Below, in pieces: positions 1-9,225 of a DNA stretch of 64,000 bases; position 1 is the first letter of the stretch, and each line of letters starts with the position of its first letter. Source of the stretch: an uncultured Gammaproteobacteria bacterium (GTDB lineage Bacteria > Patescibacteriota > Patescibacteriia > UBA1558 > S5-K13); the NCBI GenBank assembly GCA_964424195.1, contig CAYRHT010000004.1, forward strand, positions 12,769 to 76,768, in the 5' to 3' direction. The translations under genes and the position numbers were made by a program. The notes under the pieces are model-generated. The model saw only the letters and a program-made list of their open reading frames with translations, made no database searches and was not told where the DNA came from.

Positions 1-95
1 AAGGATATATTAAATTAAATATTTTAAAAATTTTAAATAACTTAAATAATAAAACTTCACATTCTTCAAAGAGTGTTGAGGATAACAATAAAAAT

Positions 96-962
96 ATGAA
101 TGAAACAATAAATTTGGACGATTTAAAAAACAAAGGGAATTATAAGAAGCTATTTGGGGGAGTAATTATTGCTATTGCACTTATTTGGCTTTTCTTTTCT
201 TCAATAGTAATTATTGATGCTGGTGAAACTGGTGTCTATTCTTTGTTCGGTAAGGTAAAAGACAAAGAATTAAGCTCTGGTTTTCATTTAGTAATTCCTT
301 TAGCTAGAATACATAAGATGAGTGTTCGAACTGAAGAATATACTATGAGTATTTTAAAAGGTGAAGGTAAAATCTCTCGAGATGACTCAATTGCTTCTTT
401 AACTAAAGAAGGTTTGAATGTTGATTTAGATATTACTGTCCTTTACAAGTTAAATGAAGAAAAAGCTTCTGATATTTATCGGACAGTGGGTTTAAAGTAC
501 GAGGATAAAATTATTCGTCCTTTAATTAGAAGTTCTATTAGGGGAGTAATTGCTCAGTATGAAGCTAAAGAACTTTATTCAGAAAAAAGAGGTGAAGCAA
601 CTCAGGGAATTGCAGACAGTTTAAAGGCTGAAGTTGAATCTCGAGGAATTGTTGTAGAAGACGTTCTTTTAAGAAATATTCAATTACCAGCTAACCTAGC
701 TAATTCAATTCAAGAGAAATTACAGGCTGAACAAGAAGCTCAGAAGTATGAATTTTTACTTCAGAGAGAAGAAAAAGAAAAACAAAGAAAGATTATTGAA
801 GCTGAAGGACAAAAAGAAGCTCAAAGAATTATTAATCAGAGTTTAACTCAGAATTATCTTTATTACCTTTATGTAAATGAGTTAAAAGATAGAGCAGGAA
901 CTATTTATGTACCAACAAGTCCTTCTACTGGAATGCCAATGTTTAGGAATTTAGGAAATTAG
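96..962 (+). CDS. SPFH/band-7 (HflC/prohibitin-like) membrane protein
   Basis: N-terminal TM helix, then a band-7-like core with a C-terminal E/K-rich coiled coil (QAEQEAQKYEF...). RBS-like GAGGATA upstream. Confidence 0.75.
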   Translation: MNETINLDDLKNKGNYKKLFGGVIIAIALIWLFFSSIVIIDAGETGVYSLFGKVKDKELSSGFHLVIPLARIHKMSVRTEEYTMSILKGEGKISRDDSIASLTKEGLNVDLDITVLYKLNEEKASDIYRTVGLKYEDKIIRPLIRSSIRGVIAQYEAKELYSEKRGEATQGIADSLKAEVESRGIVVEDVLLRNIQLPANLANSIQEKLQAEQEAQKYEFLLQREEKEKQRKIIEAEGQKEAQRIINQSLTQNYLYYLYVNELKDRAGTIYVPTSPSTGMPMFRNLGN

Positions 963-980
963 TAACTAAAAAGAAATATT

Positions 981-1009
981 ACCACCTGCTTTTTAGTGGG
1001 TGGTTTTTT
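981..1009 (+). terminator. Rho-independent terminator after the SPFH gene
   Basis: Hairpin ACCACC...GGTGGT followed by TTTTTT. Confidence 0.5.
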
Positions 1010-1011
1010 AG

Positions 1012-1040
1012 TTGACATTGTTTGAATAATGTGCTATATT
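1012..1040 (+). promoter_or_regulatory. sigma70-like promoter
   Basis: TTGACA (1012-1017), 17-nt spacer, TATATT (1035-1040). Confidence 0.4.
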
Positions 1041-1078
1041 TTAAAGTTGAAATATTTCAACAAAAAAAAGGAGGAAAA

Positions 1079-1756
1079 ATGAAAAAGTTCTATTTAGTCT
1101 TGATGTTCGTAGTTTTAATAGCTACGGTTATGGTAATTTCTTGTTCAAATGAAAATGAACAAAGAAATGAATTTGTTGCTCAAGTTGAATCAAAAGAGGT
1201 TGAAATGGTTGAGAAACCCAGAAGTGAAATTATAGAAAATTTCGATCCTGAAAATGTAGAATACTTTTGGGTACAAGATTGGAATACAAGAGCATTTTGG
1301 TCTTCTAATCAGACTTCTGATGGAATCATGTATGATGGGTGGTTTGTTAGAGGAACTAAAGTAGATAGTTTAGTCTATTTTCTCTACCATAAAGATGGCA
1401 GAAGCTTGGAAAAGTATTTTTATCTCACCAATTTAACGGATGATCCGAGAAATTCAAGTTGGTGGCAACAAAATTTATTTTCTATACCGAAAGATGAAAG
1501 TATAGGAGACAACATTTACGATGTAGTTAAAAATTTATGTTGTATTGAAGAAGAAAATGTGGAAAGCAAGGCTGTAGTAGAAAATATAATCCAAGATATT
1601 AAAAAACTTGGATTATTAGAACGAGAAAATCCTCGTTTATTTGAAATCGGTATTGCTTTGGTACGTTATACGAATCTCTATTATAAGGAAACTCCTTATT
1701 ATGATGGAGATCTCAGCTATGATCAGGCGGCTAGACTTTTAGCAGATTTTAATTAA
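1079..1756 (+). CDS. hypothetical lipoprotein
   Basis: Start chosen at MKKFYLV because AAAGGAGG sits 6 nt upstream. Signal peptide with lipobox-like VISC. No recognisable family. Confidence 0.5.
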   Translation: MKKFYLVLMFVVLIATVMVISCSNENEQRNEFVAQVESKEVEMVEKPRSEIIENFDPENVEYFWVQDWNTRAFWSSNQTSDGIMYDGWFVRGTKVDSLVYFLYHKDGRSLEKYFYLTNLTDDPRNSSWWQQNLFSIPKDESIGDNIYDVVKNLCCIEEENVESKAVVENIIQDIKKLGLLERENPRLFEIGIALVRYTNLYYKETPYYDGDLSYDQAARLLADFN

Positions 1757-1776
1757 AGATTAAAGCTACAATTTTT

Positions 1777-1810
1777 AGGGGAACACATTTATGTTCCCCT
1801 TATTTTTTTA
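1777..1810 (+). terminator. Rho-independent terminator
   Basis: AGGGGAACA-cattta-TGTTCCCCT (9 bp) followed by TATTTTTTTA. Confidence 0.6.
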
Positions 1811-1851
1811 TCGCAAACAGTCAAATACTCTTATAATAGAGGGTTTTAGTA

Positions 1852-1880
1852 TTGACTTATTTTTTGAAAACTAGTATACT
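1852..1880 (+). promoter_or_regulatory. promoter for tRNA-Glu
   Basis: TTGACT (1852-1857), 17 nt, TATACT (1875-1880). The tRNA begins ~11 nt downstream. Confidence 0.45.
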
Positions 1881-1891
1881 GTTATTACTTT

Positions 1892-1966
1892 GTCGCTATC
1901 GTCTAGTGGTTAGGACATTAGGTTTTCATCCTAAAAACCGGGGTTCGATTCCCCGTAGCGATACCA
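1892..1966 (+). tRNA. tRNA-Glu (anticodon UUC)
   Basis: Cloverleaf resolvable by eye: acceptor GTCGCTA/TAGCGAT, TCGTCTAG D-region like E. coli tRNA-Glu, anticodon stem TTAGG/CCTAA with loop TTTTCAT, T-arm GGGGTTCGATTCCCC, and an encoded CCA. Confidence 0.85.
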
Positions 1967-2131
1967 TTTACATCGGCTTTGTTTATTCTAAACATAGCTC
2001 ATTTATAGTCAGTAGCTTTGTGGTTATCATATAACTATAATCTATTGACTATAAACTTAAAAAATAACGTATACTCGGTTATCCAAGTCGTCTACTTGGT
2101 TTACTTGGTATGCGAAGAAAGGACTCGTACT

Positions 2132-2515
2132 ATGTTAGACAAGAAAAAGAAAGAAGAAATCATCAAAAAATTTAAGACTCACAAAAATGATACTGGATCA
2201 TCGGAGGTTCAGATTGCTATTTTAACTGAGGAAGTTAAGGAATTAACTGAACATTTAAAAGAGCATAAAAAAGATTTTTCTTCACGGAGAGGTTTAGTTA
2301 AAAAACTTAACCAAAGAAGAAAATTGTTAAGATTTTTGGAGAGAGATAATTTAGAATCTTTTGAAAAGCTGGTAAAAAAGCTTGGTTTAAAGATAACTAA
2401 ATTCGCTGAAATTTCTTCTATGATCGGAAAAAAGATCAAGAAAGACGTAGAAAAAGAGAAAACTGAGGATGAAGAAAAAGATAAAAAAGATGTAGATGGG
2501 GAAGATAATAAATAA
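2132..2515 (+). CDS. rpsO: 30S ribosomal protein S15
   Basis: Motifs HKNDTGSSEVQIAILTEEV...HLKEHKKDFSSRRGL...RRKLLRFLERD match S15. True start at MLDKKKK; the upstream part of the track ORF is junk. Long K/E/D-rich C-terminal tail. Sits directly upstream of pnp. Confidence 0.85.
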   Translation: MLDKKKKEEIIKKFKTHKNDTGSSEVQIAILTEEVKELTEHLKEHKKDFSSRRGLVKKLNQRRKLLRFLERDNLESFEKLVKKLGLKITKFAEISSMIGKKIKKDVEKEKTEDEEKDKKDVDGEDNK

Positions 2516-2526
2516 TAGAAAAGAAA

Positions 2527-4785
2527 ATGTTTTTTAAAAAAGAAAAAGATAAAGATTACAGCAAAGACTTTAAAATGGAATTTGCTGGAAGAGAGTTGAC
2601 TGTTGAAGTTGGTAAATATGCCCCTCAAACATCAGGATCTTGCTTAGTAAGGTATGGTGGAACATCTGTTTTAGTAACAGCAGTTCAAGGTGAAGAAAGA
2701 GAAGGTATTGATTACTTTCCTCTATTAGTAGAGTATAGTGAAAAACTATACGCTGCTGGTAAAATAAAAGGATCTCGATGGATTAAAAGAGAAGGTCGTC
2801 CAACTGACGAAGCTATTTTAACTGGTCGAGTAATTGATAGATCTATTCGTCCTTTGTTCAATGACGCTTCTCGAAAAGATGTTCAAATTGTAGCTAGTGT
2901 TTTAGAATATGATGGAGAAAATGATCCAGCTTTTTGTTCCTTACTAGGAGCTTCAATTGCTTTAATGGTCTCACCAATTGAATGGTCTGGACCAGCAGTT
3001 GGATTTTTAGTTGGTAAAATTGATAACGAATTAGTTTTAAATCCAACAAATACAGCTAGAGCTAAAAGTGATTTTGAAGTATTCACAGTTGGAACTCCAG
3101 CTGGTATTGATATGTTAGAAGCTCGATGTAATGAATCAAGTGAAGATGATGTGATGAGTGCTATTGAATTTGCTGATAAGCATATCAAGAAAATGATTAA
3201 ATTTGTGGAAGATATTCAAAAAGAAGTTGGTGCTCCTAAAATTTCAGCTGAATCACAATTAAGTGATGAAGAAAAAGCTCAAAGAGAATTAGTTGATCAA
3301 AAGATTGAAGAGTTCTTTAAGGATAAAGATGTTAAAGATATCTTTACAGCTGATAAAGTAGAGACAGAAGCTAATATTAGAACTTTAAACAAAGATTTGA
3401 ATGAATCTTTGAAAGAAGATAGTGAGATTTCTAAAGAATTAAGATCTTTTGGAATGCGAAGACTAGATGAAAAACTTAGTGAAAAAGCTCGGGAGATGAT
3501 TCTAGTTAACAAACAAAGAACAGATGGTCGAAAGCTTGATGAGTTAAGAGATATTAATTGTGAGGTTGGTTTATTCAATCGAACTCATGGTACTGGTCTA
3601 TTCAAAAGAGGATTAACTCATGTTCTATCAATTGTTACTTTAGGTTCTCCGGGAGCAGAACAATTATTAGATGGTATGGAAGTTGAAGGAACTAAGAGAT
3701 ATATGCATCACTATAACTTCCCAGGATTTTCAGTGGGATCTGTTCAACCAAATCGAGGAGCTTCTCGAAGAGATATTGGACATGGTACCTTAGCTGAGAA
3801 TGCTTTAATTCCAGTTTTACCAAGTAAAGAAGACTTCCCATATACTATTAGAGTAGTATCTGAAGTATTATCTTCAAATGGTTCTTCTTCTCAAGCTTCT
3901 GCTTGTGGTTCAACTTTGGCTTTAATGCACGCTGGTGTTCCGATTAAGAGACCAGTTGCTGGTATTGCCATGGGATTAATCACTGGAAAAACTTTAGATG
4001 ATTATGTTGTCCTAACTGACATTCAGGGAATTGAAGATCATAGCGGTGATATGGATTTTAAAGTTGCTGGTACTGAAAAGGGAATTACAGCTATTCAATT
4101 AGATATTAAATTACAAGGAATTAGTTTAGAAATCTGTAAAGAAACTTTAGCTAAGGCTAAAGAAGCTAGACTACAGATATTAGAATCAATGACTAAAGTT
4201 ATTGCAGAACCAAGTAAGGAATTATCTGAATTTGCTCCAAGAATTGTTACTATGAAAGTGGATCCAGAAGATATTAGAATCGTTATTGGACCTGGTGGAA
4301 AAACAATCAATCAAATGATTGCTGACTATGATGTTCAAATAGATTTAGAAGATGATGGAACTGTATTTATTACTTCAACGGATGGAGAGGGTGCTAAGAA
4401 AGCAGTTGCTCATATTGAAGGCTTAACAAAGAAGGTTCTTCCTGGTGAAATCTATGAAGGTAAGGTAACTAAGATTGTAGCTTCTCAATCAGGTGGTGAA
4501 GTTGGAGCTATTGTTGAATTCTTACCTGGCAAAGATGGTATGGTTCATATTTCTGAATTTAAATATGAGAGACTTGAGAAAATCTCAGACATAGTTAAAG
4601 TAGGAGATACTTTGAAAGTTAAAGTTATGGAAGTTGATGCGGAAAGAGGTAGAATTGGTTTATCAGTAAAAGCATTATTAGAAAAACCAGAAGGATGGCA
4701 AGATCGTCCACCAAGAACTCCTCGACCAGGCGGAAATAGTTTTAATAGAGGACCAAGAAGAGATTCTAGACCTCCACGAAGATAG
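2527..4785 (+). CDS. pnp: polynucleotide phosphorylase
   Basis: Two RNase PH-like domains followed by KH and S1 domains (...GEIYEGKVTKIV...GLSVKALLE). R/P-rich C-terminal tail. Classic rpsO-pnp arrangement. Confidence 0.95.
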   Translation: MFFKKEKDKDYSKDFKMEFAGRELTVEVGKYAPQTSGSCLVRYGGTSVLVTAVQGEEREGIDYFPLLVEYSEKLYAAGKIKGSRWIKREGRPTDEAILTGRVIDRSIRPLFNDASRKDVQIVASVLEYDGENDPAFCSLLGASIALMVSPIEWSGPAVGFLVGKIDNELVLNPTNTARAKSDFEVFTVGTPAGIDMLEARCNESSEDDVMSAIEFADKHIKKMIKFVEDIQKEVGAPKISAESQLSDEEKAQRELVDQKIEEFFKDKDVKDIFTADKVETEANIRTLNKDLNESLKEDSEISKELRSFGMRRLDEKLSEKAREMILVNKQRTDGRKLDELRDINCEVGLFNRTHGTGLFKRGLTHVLSIVTLGSPGAEQLLDGMEVEGTKRYMHHYNFPGFSVGSVQPNRGASRRDIGHGTLAENALIPVLPSKEDFPYTIRVVSEVLSSNGSSSQASACGSTLALMHAGVPIKRPVAGIAMGLITGKTLDDYVVLTDIQGIEDHSGDMDFKVAGTEKGITAIQLDIKLQGISLEICKETLAKAKEARLQILESMTKVIAEPSKELSEFAPRIVTMKVDPEDIRIVIGPGGKTINQMIADYDVQIDLEDDGTVFITSTDGEGAKKAVAHIEGLTKKVLPGEIYEGKVTKIVASQSGGEVGAIVEFLPGKDGMVHISEFKYERLEKISDIVKVGDTLKVKVMEVDAERGRIGLSVKALLEKPEGWQDRPPRTPRPGGNSFNRGPRRDSRPPRR

Positions 4786-4809
4786 AAAATTATTATTCAG
4801 ATTAGATAA

Positions 4810-4840
4810 AAAGCCCTGTTATTACAGGGCTTTTGCTTTT
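4810..4840 (+). terminator. Rho-independent terminator after pnp
   Basis: AAAGCCCTGT-tatt-ACAGGGCTTT followed by TGCTTTT. Confidence 0.6.
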
Positions 4841-4894
4841 AACTAATCGTTTAATGTGTTAATCTTTTATATATAATAGATAGATAATATAAAA

Positions 4895-6418
4895 ATGTTT
4901 GAACATAATTTTAATCCAGAGTTCCATTGGCAAATGGATCAAAAAAGAACTATTCGTAAGAAAGTTTTATACATCTTCGTAGTTTTAATTTTACTTTTAT
5001 CAGTATTTTTTATTTTCAAAAAGTATTATTTTGTTTCAGGGAGAAATATTGGTTTAGAACAGTTAGTTCCGGAGAATATTAAAGCTCTTTTAACTATTGA
5101 TGCTAAGGATATCATTAAAAATGATCAAGGACTTCTAATTTTTGAAATGGGATTAAAAGATTTCTTAGGAGATGATGAAAAAACAAATTCAGTTATTGAA
5201 AAGATAGGTAAAAATGTCTATTGGATGGAGAAATCTTCTGACTCGCAAGCTCTCTTGTTTAAGATAACTGATATGGAGTCAATCAAGGATAATTTTAATC
5301 TTAGAACAGAAGATTTAGAAGAGATAGAATTTAATAACAAGGTTATTTACAAATTAAATATAGAAAATAGTAGTAATTCCTTCATACCAATTTCTGATAA
5401 CAAGATTTATATCACTTATGTAAATAATTATATACTTTGTCTAAGTAATAATTTAGATTTTACTAAAGATATACTTAATGAATACAAAGAGGCAATTAAA
5501 ATTGATTATTTTGGAGCTATCAAAGATGAGCTTAATGATTATTTCCAAGAACAAACAACTTTACTGTTAAAAGTTTCAGATTATTCTCAAATAGGAGAAA
5601 GTTCTAGTTGGATTAAGAACTTATCATTTGTAAATACAGAAGATAATAACTCTTTTGTGATGAAATTTAAAGTTGGTCTAAGAAGAGCTGAGCTTTTATT
5701 CAATAATTCAGATGACATAAGTCAAAGAGTTAAGATGAATAAGGTGAATGAAACTCTATTCAAAGATGCTGTATTCCATTACAGTAATCTAAATGTAAAT
5801 TATAATGATATTTTAGAGTTGGATAATAATTTGAATGAATTATTAGAAAATAATATTGAAGGTTTGTATAATACAAACCTAAAAAGTAAATTATTAACTA
5901 ACGCCCCTTATCATCTATTAGTGTATCCAGATAATAAATTCTTAACTTTTAGTAAAGATTTTGAAAAGAATAAGGGAATATATAAAAATATCTTAGCTCA
6001 TCTATCACCTCAGACTAGAAATATGCTTCTTCCTGATGGAACTAGTGCTAGAGAATATTATGCTGATCCTAGTAGTTTTGAGCTAAAAGAACAGGAAGAG
6101 GGTAGTTATATTAAGTATTATGCAGATTTACCTGGAAATACAGATATTTCTCTATTCAAATACAATGATTGGTATATTTTAACTAATTTTAAGGATAAAT
6201 TAGTAGAATTAACAGAAAATCAGGATAAACTATGTAAATTATTAAACTGTGATGCTAAGGAAATTTTTAATGAAGTTTTAACCTTAAATATAGGTGATTT
6301 AGGGAAAAAAGAGTATTTACCATGGTTAGACTTGTTTTCTAAGGAATATAGTAGACTAAACTTCACTAATTACACTGAGGATGGCGAAAACAAGCTATTT
6401 TTTGAACTTATCCACTGA
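4895..6418 (+). CDS. hypothetical membrane-anchored protein
   Basis: Single N-terminal TM helix (VLYIFVVLILLLSVFFIF), then a large presumably extracytoplasmic domain. No recognisable motifs. Confidence 0.5.
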   Translation: MFEHNFNPEFHWQMDQKRTIRKKVLYIFVVLILLLSVFFIFKKYYFVSGRNIGLEQLVPENIKALLTIDAKDIIKNDQGLLIFEMGLKDFLGDDEKTNSVIEKIGKNVYWMEKSSDSQALLFKITDMESIKDNFNLRTEDLEEIEFNNKVIYKLNIENSSNSFIPISDNKIYITYVNNYILCLSNNLDFTKDILNEYKEAIKIDYFGAIKDELNDYFQEQTTLLLKVSDYSQIGESSSWIKNLSFVNTEDNNSFVMKFKVGLRRAELLFNNSDDISQRVKMNKVNETLFKDAVFHYSNLNVNYNDILELDNNLNELLENNIEGLYNTNLKSKLLTNAPYHLLVYPDNKFLTFSKDFEKNKGIYKNILAHLSPQTRNMLLPDGTSAREYYADPSSFELKEQEEGSYIKYYADLPGNTDISLFKYNDWYILTNFKDKLVELTENQDKLCKLLNCDAKEIFNEVLTLNIGDLGKKEYLPWLDLFSKEYSRLNFTNYTEDGENKLFFELIH

Positions 6419-6434
6419 CCTGTGGATAAGTTTT
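6407..6434 (+). terminator. Terminator hairpin built from two inverted DnaA-box-like 9-mers
   Basis: CTTATCCAC-tgacct-GTGGATAAG (9-bp stem) followed by TTTT. Overlaps the stop codon of the upstream gene. Confidence 0.5.
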
Positions 6435-6520
6435 GAATATTATTAAACCACTAAAGTTTATTTTTAACAAGTAAATGTGGATAAAATAACTTTAAGGCTT
6501 GAATATTGATATAAGTGATA

Positions 6521-6549
6521 TTGACTTTTCTGTTTAGGTATGCTATACT
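6521..6549 (+). promoter_or_regulatory. sigma70-like promoter in the long intergenic region
   Basis: TTGACT (6521-6526), 17 nt, TATACT (6544-6549). Confidence 0.45.
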
Positions 6550-6772
6550 TAAGTTATAGTCAGTCAAAGAAGATATCAGAATACAGCAGGCACATTAACA
6601 ATTCGTCTTTTACTTAGTTCACCCTACTCATCTCTTTTTAAAGAGACTTTAAACAAAAAATAGAGTTTCTTTAAAAAACCTTTGAAACAAAAATAAAATT
6701 AACACAATAAAAGTTGATTCCTGTTTAAAAATAAAATGAGAATTGACACCGCTTTAGTAGGACAATTAAGTT

Positions 6773-6929
6773 GAGAGCATATAATGCTCTCTAGTTTCAT
6801 CATATGTTTTTGGGGTTAATAAGCCCCGTATCTGGGCTTCGGCCCGGAAAACACTGGAAATTGGGGAGTGAGCTCCCTCACGACATATATTTTTCAAAAT
6901 TGGTCGGCTTAGAGGGAGCTTCTTTTTTT
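6773..6929 (+). ncRNA. candidate structured RNA or riboswitch-like leader of unknown class
   Basis: Four local hairpins in a GC-rich island within an AT-rich spacer: GAGAGCAT-ata-ATGCTCTC, GGGG-ttaataag-CCCC, GGGC-UUCG-GCCC, GGGAG-tgag-CTCCC. The CTCCCTC segment can alternatively pair with GAGGGAG at 6912-6918, which is followed by TCTTTTTTT. Confidence 0.35.
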
Positions 6930-7026
6930 ACCAAATTTTTATATAGGCAATAAGCCTATTTTTTTGTTTACAAAAGAATAAATATAGGCTAAGCTTTGAA
7001 TAAGAAAAAATAATTTAGGAGGAAAA

Positions 7027-7836
7027 ATGATAGTATATAAACAATTATTTAATCTAATTGTTAGATGTAGTAATCCATGTATCTTGATAAATAAGAATGA
7101 AAAATTTGATGAAAAAGAAGTGAGGACTAAATTCATTTTTTTTGATCCTTTTTTGCAGCAGATGGAGTCTTATTATAAAGATTCTGGTAAAAAAGTAATT
7201 TTTATTGATTCTATGACATTTAATTTCTTTAGTAACTCTAGTGATGATTTTATCTATAATTTGTTTTACATTTCTCTGGCACTTTATTTAGGGTATGGAT
7301 CTTCAAAAATTAAAAGTTGTGATCAATTAGACTTAGTCTTAAGAGATTTTGTAGATTATCAGATAAGATTCCAACAGAAAAATTTAATTTTCATTATTCA
7401 GGATATAGAAAAATTACCCATTGAAATAAATTGGTTAATAAATTCTTGGGTAAAAGAATATGACTGCAGTATAATTGCTTCTTGTAGAAAATTTCCTCTG
7501 GAATTTCCTTCTACTGAGAAGAATAAATATTACTGTGATTATGGATCATCGTTATCGGATATGATGACAATTTATAAGTTACCAAATTTTAATTTAATCA
7601 AGAACCAAGATGGTATTGATTATGAATCTCAGCAAGCATGTCTTGTAATTAATACTATTAAAAGGATAAAAGTTTCAATTTGTCTTTTAGAGCAGGATTT
7701 AAGTTTATTGTCTGTTGAGCGTTCTGAATGGGAACAAAATGGATACTTATATAAATTTCAAGAGTTTTTTGATTTTGAAGAATCTTATATCCGTACTTTA
7801 AAAGATTTCGTTCATGGGTCATTAATTGAAATTTAA
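7027..7836 (+). CDS. hypothetical protein
   Basis: Strong RBS AGGAGG 5 nt upstream of the ATG. No recognisable family. Confidence 0.55.
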   Translation: MIVYKQLFNLIVRCSNPCILINKNEKFDEKEVRTKFIFFDPFLQQMESYYKDSGKKVIFIDSMTFNFFSNSSDDFIYNLFYISLALYLGYGSSKIKSCDQLDLVLRDFVDYQIRFQQKNLIFIIQDIEKLPIEINWLINSWVKEYDCSIIASCRKFPLEFPSTEKNKYYCDYGSSLSDMMTIYKLPNFNLIKNQDGIDYESQQACLVINTIKRIKVSICLLEQDLSLLSVERSEWEQNGYLYKFQEFFDFEESYIRTLKDFVHGSLIEI

Positions 7837-7841
7837 AACAA

Positions 7842-7874
7842 AACCGTTACTGAGAAAGTAGTAGCGGTTTTTTA
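7842..7874. terminator. bidirectional terminator between convergent genes
   Basis: AACCGTTACT-gagaaagt-AGTAGCGGTT followed by TTTTT. A-run on the other side. Confidence 0.55.
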
Positions 7875-7875
7875 T

Positions 7876-9219
7876 TTAAGAAAGTTTTTTTAGTTTTCTC
7901 TTAGTATATAAAAGAGTAAAAATTGCAGCAGACCAATTAATGAATACTAGTGCCCACCAAATACTAGTGATTGGGGATTGCATTAATCTAATTAAAATAG
8001 AGAGAATGATTCCAGGCATGATTAAGAAACGATAAAGTCCTAACCAGAGAGCAAAGATTGGTTTTTTTAATCCTTGTAAAGAAGCAATACAAATATTTAG
8101 AATGATATAAGTTAAGTACATTAGAATTGAAATTCTTAAATAGGTAAAACCAACTTTAATTACTTCTAAGTCACTACTAAAGAACCCTAATAAAGTCTTA
8201 GAGAATAAAAGGACTAAAGTCATACTAATTAAGGTTAGGAAAATTCCATATTTTAATCCTTTAGAAAAAGTTTCTCTAACTCGGTCAAACTTTTTAGCTC
8301 CATTATTGTTTCCAATTAAAGCCATGACTGCCATATTTAATCCAATGGCTGGTAGAACAGCAATTTGTTCAATTCGAGTAGCAATACCATAGGCAGCTAT
8401 AGCTGATTTACCAAAAGAACTTATAAAATAGGTGACAATAAAGATTCCAATGGCCATACTCATCATATTTAAACTAGCTGGGAATCCTTGTTTGATAATA
8501 TCTAAAAAATATTCCTTATCAGGAATTAAATGTTTGATATGGAGATGTTTAAAGGGTTCACGGGACCTTATTTTTACAAATAGAATTGAACTAAGAATTA
8601 ATTGAATAGTTATTGTAGCCCAAGCTACTCCAGCTAGTCCTAGAGCTGGTAATCCTAATCCACCAAACATAAACCAAGGATCTAAAATTAAATTTAAAAA
8701 GAAACCAAAGATTAATAAATTACGAAAGGTCTTAGTATCTCCTTCAGCAATTAAGATTCCATTTAAAGAGTGAGTTAGAAGAAAGAAAACTGCTCCATAG
8801 AAAATAACATTAGAATAACTAAGAGCAATCTGCAGGTATTCACCTTGAGCTCCTAAAATTCTGAATAAAGTAGGAGAGATAAGTAATCCTGCTGTAGTTA
8901 GGAAAATAGAAAAGATTATGGAAAAAGATATTGCTTGGCAACCATACTTTTCAGCTTTTTCTTTGTTTCCAGCACCAAGAGAGTTAGCAATTAAAGCTGT
9001 GGCTCCATTAGAAATTCCAGCTCCCATAGCTAAGATTATAAAGAAAATAGGGAATGATAAAGAAAGAGCAGCTAGAGCTTGAGTAGACATTAACCCTCCA
9101 TAGTAAGTATCTACAACATTATACATTGTATTAAAAAAGAAACCGATACTAGCCGGAATGGCAATACCTTTAATTAGTTTTGGTATAGGAGCGGTAATTA
9201 ATTTTTCGTGTCTGTTCAT
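7876..9219 (-). CDS. MATE family efflux transporter
   Basis: ~12 TM helices and a typical MATE N-terminus (LIKGIAIPASIGFFFNTMYNVVDTYYGG). Confidence 0.85.
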   Translation of the reverse strand: MNRHEKLITAPIPKLIKGIAIPASIGFFFNTMYNVVDTYYGGLMSTQALAALSLSFPIFFIILAMGAGISNGATALIANSLGAGNKEKAEKYGCQAISFSIIFSIFLTTAGLLISPTLFRILGAQGEYLQIALSYSNVIFYGAVFFLLTHSLNGILIAEGDTKTFRNLLIFGFFLNLILDPWFMFGGLGLPALGLAGVAWATITIQLILSSILFVKIRSREPFKHLHIKHLIPDKEYFLDIIKQGFPASLNMMSMAIGIFIVTYFISSFGKSAIAAYGIATRIEQIAVLPAIGLNMAVMALIGNNNGAKKFDRVRETFSKGLKYGIFLTLISMTLVLLFSKTLLGFFSSDLEVIKVGFTYLRISILMYLTYIILNICIASLQGLKKPIFALWLGLYRFLIMPGIILSILIRLMQSPITSIWWALVFINWSAAIFTLLYTKRKLKKLS

Positions 9220-9225
9220 GAAAGG

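Noticed and set aside
1852-2034. 60-aa ORF overlapping the tRNA-Glu gene
   Set aside because: It reads straight through a clearly foldable tRNA, so it is an artefact of the ORF scan.
2209-4310. Antisense ORFs inside rpsO and pnp (2209-2628, 2883-3188, 3297-3578, 4095-4310)
   Set aside because: All are embedded antisense to confidently identified genes and have low-complexity S/L/F-rich translations typical of AT-rich antisense frames.
6405-6484. Replication origin (oriC) based on DnaA-box 9-mers
   Set aside because: No dnaA/dnaN or AT-rich unwinding element with multiple ordered boxes. Two of the boxes form an ordinary terminator hairpin. Kept only as a low-interest observation.
6773-6929. 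Assignment of the hairpin cluster to SRP RNA, RNase P RNA, tmRNA or T-box
   Set aside because: It lacks the GGAA/AGCAGC SRP domain IV, the AGGAAAGTCCGG P4 of RNase P, a tRNA-like 3' end, and the AGGGUGGNACCGCG T-box. Class left open.
6939-7136. Minus-strand 65-aa ORF overlapping the start of gene 7027
   Set aside because: It overlaps a gene with a perfect RBS and has no start context of its own.
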